The notes beneath the pieces were generated by a model. It saw only the letters and a program-made list of their open reading frames with translations. It made no database searches and was not told the DNA's origin. From the NCBI GenBank assembly GCA_964448445.1, contig CAYVAU010000012.1, forward strand, positions 7,925 to 31,924: a stretch of 24,000 nucleotides of DNA. Reading direction: 5' to 3'. Below, piece by piece: positions 20,362-24,000 of the stretch. The translations under genes and the position numbers were made by a program. The stretch is from an uncultured Thermodesulfobacteriota bacterium. GTDB taxonomy: Bacteria; Desulfobacterota; B13-G15. How positions within the stretch are numbered: the stretch's first letter is position 1; the number at the start of each line of letters is the position of its first letter.

Positions 20362-21815
20362 TCCTTACTCTGGATCCTGTAGCGCCTCATGAGGTTGTAA
20401 ACGGTGGGGCGGCTCACACCGAGGATTTTTGCCGTGCGGGTGATGTTGTAGTTGGAGGCCTTAAGGGCCTGAAGGAGGCTCTCCTTCTCGATCCTCTGCC
20501 TGATTTCCTTTATGCCGGAAGGCCTCTTCGGGGCCTCAGGGGCCTGGATGGACAGGTCCTCAGGTCGGATCACCTCCGATTCGGAGATGAGCAGGGCCTT
20601 GCGGATCTTGTTTATCATCTCCCTGACATTGCCCGGCCAGTGGTACTGCATTATGGCCTCAAGGGCCTCCTTGCTGAAGCGCTTCTTCGGACCGGGTTGA
20701 TCCTCCTGGAGCTTCTTCAAAAAGTAAGTGGCCAAAATGACCTTGTCCTTTCCCCTCTCCCTCAGAGGGGGGAGTTCAACGGTTACAACGCTCAAACGGT
20801 AATAGAGGTCCTCCCTGAAGCGGCCCTCCTCGACCTCTTCCTCCAGGTTCCTATTGGTTGCGGCGATGATCCTCGTATCGACTCTCCTGGTGGTCCTTGA
20901 TCCTATCCGCTCGATACTGCCATCCTCGAGAAACCTCAGCAATTTCGCCTGCAGGGCAAGGGGCAGTTCCCCGATCTCGTCCAGAAACAGCGTGCCACCG
21001 TGGGCCTGTTCCACTTTGCCCTTCCTTGCGGTGTAAGCCCCGGTGAAGGCCCCCCGTTCGTAGCCGAAAAGCTCGGCCTCTAGGAGGTTTTCCGGGATTG
21101 CGGCGCAGTTTATGACCACGAAGGGCTTGTCGCGCCTTGGGCTCCTTTCGTGGATGGCCCTTGCCGTCAATTCCTTCCCCGTACCGGTTTCGCCCAGGAT
21201 GAGCACGGGAACATCAGTAGGGGCCACTTTCCTTATCAGGGAGAAGACCTTGAGCATGGCCTCGCAGGTCCCCACGAACTCCTCGTCCTCCTTCTCGCCT
21301 TTGTGTTCAAGGGCCCTGTCCACATAGGGGAGCAGTTGCAGGCAGAAATCGCCGTTTAGGTCCTTGAAGCGCCTCTTTAAACGCTCCCAAAGGGTGTCCT
21401 GGATGTGCCTTTGGAGATAATCCTGCTGGTTGAAGCAGAGCAGAAGCTTACAGTTGGGACACCGCAGGAGCAGGACCGTTGGCAGGGAGGTATTGCAGTA
21501 GGGGCAGGATTCAAACCCCTTCTCGGGCAACCCATCCCTTATCATGGACCAGAGGCCTACCAGTTCGTTCACATCGCGAAAGACGAAGGACACCGCCCCC
21601 TCTCCCCCCTCCCTCCTCAGGAACCTGACCCTTAGCGATAGCCTCCTTCCCCTCTCGTCGGAGAAGTGGAGAAGGCCGAACTCCCCCGGGGGGAGGTTCC
21701 CCTTGAGCAGGGCCCCTCCGAGGCTTACGTTGCACACCGTCACCGCAAAGAAACCGTTTTCCCCCTCAAGCTGGCCAGGCCAAGAACCCCTGATCCTAAC
21801 GTCCAATCTCGCCAT
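20358..21815 (-). CDS. Sigma54-dependent transcriptional activator with an N-terminal PilZ domain and a Zn-ribbon (PilZ, CxxC-CxxC, AAA+, Fis-type HTH)
   Basis: PilZ motifs: RLDVR (21795-21809) and NVSLGG (21714-21731). Zn-ribbon: CPYCNTSLPTVLLLRCPNC. Walker A: GETGTGKE. Sigma54-contact loop: ERGAFTGA. C-terminal HTH: NITRTAKILGVSRPTVYNLMRR. Confidence 0.9.
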   Translation of the reverse strand: MARLDVRIRGSWPGQLEGENGFFAVTVCNVSLGGALLKGNLPPGEFGLLHFSDERGRRLSLRVRFLRREGGEGAVSFVFRDVNELVGLWSMIRDGLPEKGFESCPYCNTSLPTVLLLRCPNCKLLLCFNQQDYLQRHIQDTLWERLKRRFKDLNGDFCLQLLPYVDRALEHKGEKEDEEFVGTCEAMLKVFSLIRKVAPTDVPVLILGETGTGKELTARAIHERSPRRDKPFVVINCAAIPENLLEAELFGYERGAFTGAYTARKGKVEQAHGGTLFLDEIGELPLALQAKLLRFLEDGSIERIGSRTTRRVDTRIIAATNRNLEEEVEEGRFREDLYYRLSVVTVELPPLRERGKDKVILATYFLKKLQEDQPGPKKRFSKEALEAIMQYHWPGNVREMINKIRKALLISESEVIRPEDLSIQAPEAPKRPSGIKEIRQRIEKESLLQALKASNYNITRTAKILGVSRPTVYNLMRRYRIQSKD

Positions 21816-21934
21816 TGAACCCGATGCTAATCGAGAAGCGCGGAGGGTTCAATTGGCTAAAGGTCCCATGGCGATCGTCCCTTGGTATGAAGGTTGAAAG
21901 CAGGCAGTTCAGCCCTGTATACTTTTTCGGGGTC

Positions 21935-22603
21935 ATGAGGATCCTGCTGGTGGAAGACGAGAGGAAGCTTTCGAGGATCATCAAACAAGGATTGGAGGAA
22001 GAGGGCTATGGGGTGGAGGAGGCCTCCGATGGCGAGGAGGCCCTTTTCCTCCTCAAGGATCGCACCTATGACCTGGTGATTCTCGATTTGATGCTTCCGA
22101 AGGTGGATGGCCTGGAGGTTTTGAAGGAGTTCCGCCGCGAGAAGGGGGGCAGTACCCCCGTTTTGGTCCTCACCGCCAGGGATACTGTGGAAGATGTGGT
22201 GAGGGGTCTTGATGCTGGTGCGGACGATTACCTGACCAAGCCCTTCGCCTTTGAAGAACTGCTGGCCCGGATAAGGGCCCTCTTGAGGAGAAGGAAGGAG
22301 GAGCTGGAGCTGAGGGTGGAGGACTTGGTGCTGGATCTTAGGACCCGCAAGGCTTGGAGGGGGGAGAAGGAGGTGGAACTCACGGCGAAGGAATTCGCGG
22401 TCCTTGAGTACCTCATGAGGAGGAGTGGGGAGATCGTCACCCGTGAGGAGATAGGTTCTTATGTCTGGGGCAAGGATTACGATCCCAGCACGAACATCGT
22501 GGACGTCTACATCAACCACCTCAGGAAGAAGATCGACCAAGGGTTTCCCCGAAAGCTTATCCACACCATAAGGGGAATGGGCTACAGCCTGAGGCCCTCG
22601 TGA
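21935..22603 (+). CDS. OmpR/PhoB-family response regulator (CusR/CopR-like)
   Basis: I chose the internal ATG 21935 (MRILLVEDERKLSRII). The receiver Asp is in LVILDLMLP, followed by TARD and KPF. The C-terminal winged helix contains ELTAKEFAVLEYLM. Confidence 0.9.
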   Translation: MRILLVEDERKLSRIIKQGLEEEGYGVEEASDGEEALFLLKDRTYDLVILDLMLPKVDGLEVLKEFRREKGGSTPVLVLTARDTVEDVVRGLDAGADDYLTKPFAFEELLARIRALLRRRKEELELRVEDLVLDLRTRKAWRGEKEVELTAKEFAVLEYLMRRSGEIVTREEIGSYVWGKDYDPSTNIVDVYINHLRKKIDQGFPRKLIHTIRGMGYSLRPS

Positions 22604-24000
22604 TGTTCAGGACCCTCAGGGCGAAACTGACCCTTTGGTATATGGTTTTGCTCGGGGTAACCCTCTGCTTTTTCAGCGCCTTTCTTTACCTGACCATGGA
22701 AAAGGGGCTCAAGGAGAACCTCGACAACAAGCTGAGGACTGCGGCCCGGGTGCTGGCCGCTTCGGTGTCAAGGCCCCTGGGGCCGGGACCCTCCCTTGCC
22801 GATGTGGAGCGGATCATGAGGGAACACTTCGGCCTGAGGCCGATGGGGAGGTTCGTGCAGATCTTGGACGAGACCGGAAGAAGGGCCACCAATATAAGGG
22901 ATGTGGACATCCCGGTGAGCTTGAGGACCCTGGAGCTCGCCTCAAAGGGCCAGGAGGTCTTCGAGACCGTGAGGCTGAGGGACGGGGGATCGCTGCGCCT
23001 GGTAACCGTTCCCATCATGATCCAGGGAAGGATGCTGGGGATAGTGCAGGTGGGGAGTCCCCTGGACGAGATCCAGGAGGCCCTCGATCAGCTGCTTTTA
23101 GTGCTGGCCATTTCGGTCCCCCTGGTCCTGGTGGTTGCAAGCCTCGGTGGGCTATTTTTGGCCAATCAGGCCTTGAAGCCCGTTGATCGCATCACCCGCA
23201 CCGCCCAGCGCATCGGTTCAGGGGACCTTTCCCAGAGGATCCCCCTTGAAGGGCTTCCGAGGGATGAGATCGGGCGGCTTGCCGAGACCTTCAACGAGAT
23301 GATCGCCAAATTGGAACGCTCCTTTGAACAGATGAAGCGCTTCACCGCCGATGCCTCCCATGAACTTAAGACCCCTCTTTCGGTGCTCAGGGGAGAGGTG
23401 GAGGTGGGCTTAAAGAGGACGAGGAGCCCCGAGGAGTATCGCAGGATCCTCAAAAGCTGCCTGGAGGAGATCACCAGGATGTCCCGCATTGTGGAAGATC
23501 TGTTGATGCTGGCCAGGGCCGATTCGGGCAGTCTCATGCTGCGGAGGGAAAGGGTCAATCTGAGGGATGTAGCCGAGGAGGTCTGGAGGGGCTTTTACCG
23601 GGAGGCCCTGGGCAAGGGACTTCGATTTCACTTCGGCGGCAGGGCCGCGGAAGTGCTGGGGGACAGGGAGAGGTTGAGGCAGATGATCGCAAATCTGGTG
23701 GACAACGCCATCAAATACACACCTTCGGGAGGCCAGGTGGAACTCACCACCGGGAGTTCCGATGGTGTGGCAATGATCACGGTGAGGGACACGGGCGAGG
23801 GGATACCCCCTGAGGAACAGGAGAAGGTCTTTGAGCGCTTTTACCGGGTGGACAAGGCCCGATCGAGGGAAAAGGGAGGGACGGGGCTGGGTCTCTCCAT
23901 ATGCAAGTGGGTGGCAGAAGCCCACGGGGGGACCATAAGCCTTGAGAGCAACCCAGGGGAGGGATCCACCTTCACGGTAAGGCTGCCCCTTTTGAGATGA
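22603..24000 (+). CDS. Sensor histidine kinase (two TM segments, HAMP, HisKA, HATPase_c)
   Basis: ATG 22603 overlaps the regulator's TGA (TGATG). The ORF-track GTG start is at 22600. The H-box is FTADASHELKTPLS. The N-box is NLVDNAIKYT, and the G-boxes are DTGEGI and GGTGLGLSI. The stop is at 23998-24000. Confidence 0.9.
   Translation: MFRTLRAKLTLWYMVLLGVTLCFFSAFLYLTMEKGLKENLDNKLRTAARVLAASVSRPLGPGPSLADVERIMREHFGLRPMGRFVQILDETGRRATNIRDVDIPVSLRTLELASKGQEVFETVRLRDGGSLRLVTVPIMIQGRMLGIVQVGSPLDEIQEALDQLLLVLAISVPLVLVVASLGGLFLANQALKPVDRITRTAQRIGSGDLSQRIPLEGLPRDEIGRLAETFNEMIAKLERSFEQMKRFTADASHELKTPLSVLRGEVEVGLKRTRSPEEYRRILKSCLEEITRMSRIVEDLLMLARADSGSLMLRRERVNLRDVAEEVWRGFYREALGKGLRFHFGGRAAEVLGDRERLRQMIANLVDNAIKYTPSGGQVELTTGSSDGVAMITVRDTGEGIPPEEQEKVFERFYRVDKARSREKGGTGLGLSICKWVAEAHGGTISLESNPGEGSTFTVRLPLLR

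Noticed and set aside
21883-21897. Sigma54-like sequence TGGTATGAAGGTTGA upstream of the response-regulator gene
   Set aside because: The spacing is correct, but the invariant -12 GC dinucleotide is GA. Without the GC I do not call it a promoter.
1-24000. Looked for CRISPR arrays, tRNA/rRNA genes, transposases, integrases, and toxin-antitoxin or phage-defence modules
   Set aside because: I saw no direct-repeat/spacer arrays and no cloverleaf-capable intergenic segments, since the gaps are too short. No ORF has recombinase, nuclease or defence-type motifs. The only DNA-level repeats are the regulatory palindromes and the intragenic core repeats reported above.

Overview
The window is a compact, gene-dense stretch of a diderm bacterium. 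Its proteins are Glu/Lys/Arg/Leu-rich, which looks thermophile-like, but that taxonomic reading is inference only. Almost all genes are coupled by short overlaps. The content falls into four blocks. (1) 1-6888, minus strand: one long housekeeping operon, TIM-barrel isomerase, cutA, lysS, lolC/E, lolD, bamA, and the first 19 codons of a secreted (probably Skp-like) protein. (2) 6960-14152: an LL-diaminopimelate aminotransferase, a small DUF4911-like gene, a PAS-GGDEF-HD-GYP c-di-GMP protein, and a cobalamin nucleotide-loop cluster (cobU, cobS, threonine-phosphate decarboxylase, cobT, and convergent cbiB). (3) 14225-21815: the accessory locus of interest. A seven-gene minus-strand operon (19205 down to 14809) encodes only Sec-signal proteins. 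Three of them carry three spaced copies of an Asn/Gln/Gly-rich core, G-[IV]-V-x-[VL]-N-Q-x-x-G-N-x-x-N-Q-x-N. A fourth carries one degenerate copy. The operon also encodes a stand-alone periplasmic C39 cysteine peptidase. A near-consensus sigma54 -24/-12 promoter (TGGCATGCTAATTGC) and two copies of a 17-bp palindrome lie upstream. The flanking genes are a divergent outer-membrane beta-barrel, a PilZ-Zn-ribbon-sigma54 enhancer-binding protein with canonical c-di-GMP-binding motifs, and a CsgD-like LuxR regulator. I read this block as a Fap/curli-like functional-amyloid or extracellular-fibre biogenesis system under c-di-GMP/sigma54 control. It is possibly a remote and rearranged relative of the Pseudomonas fapABCDEF system. 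(4) 21935-24000: an OmpR-family response regulator and a HAMP histidine kinase. I found no rRNA, tRNA, CRISPR array, transposase or integrase.
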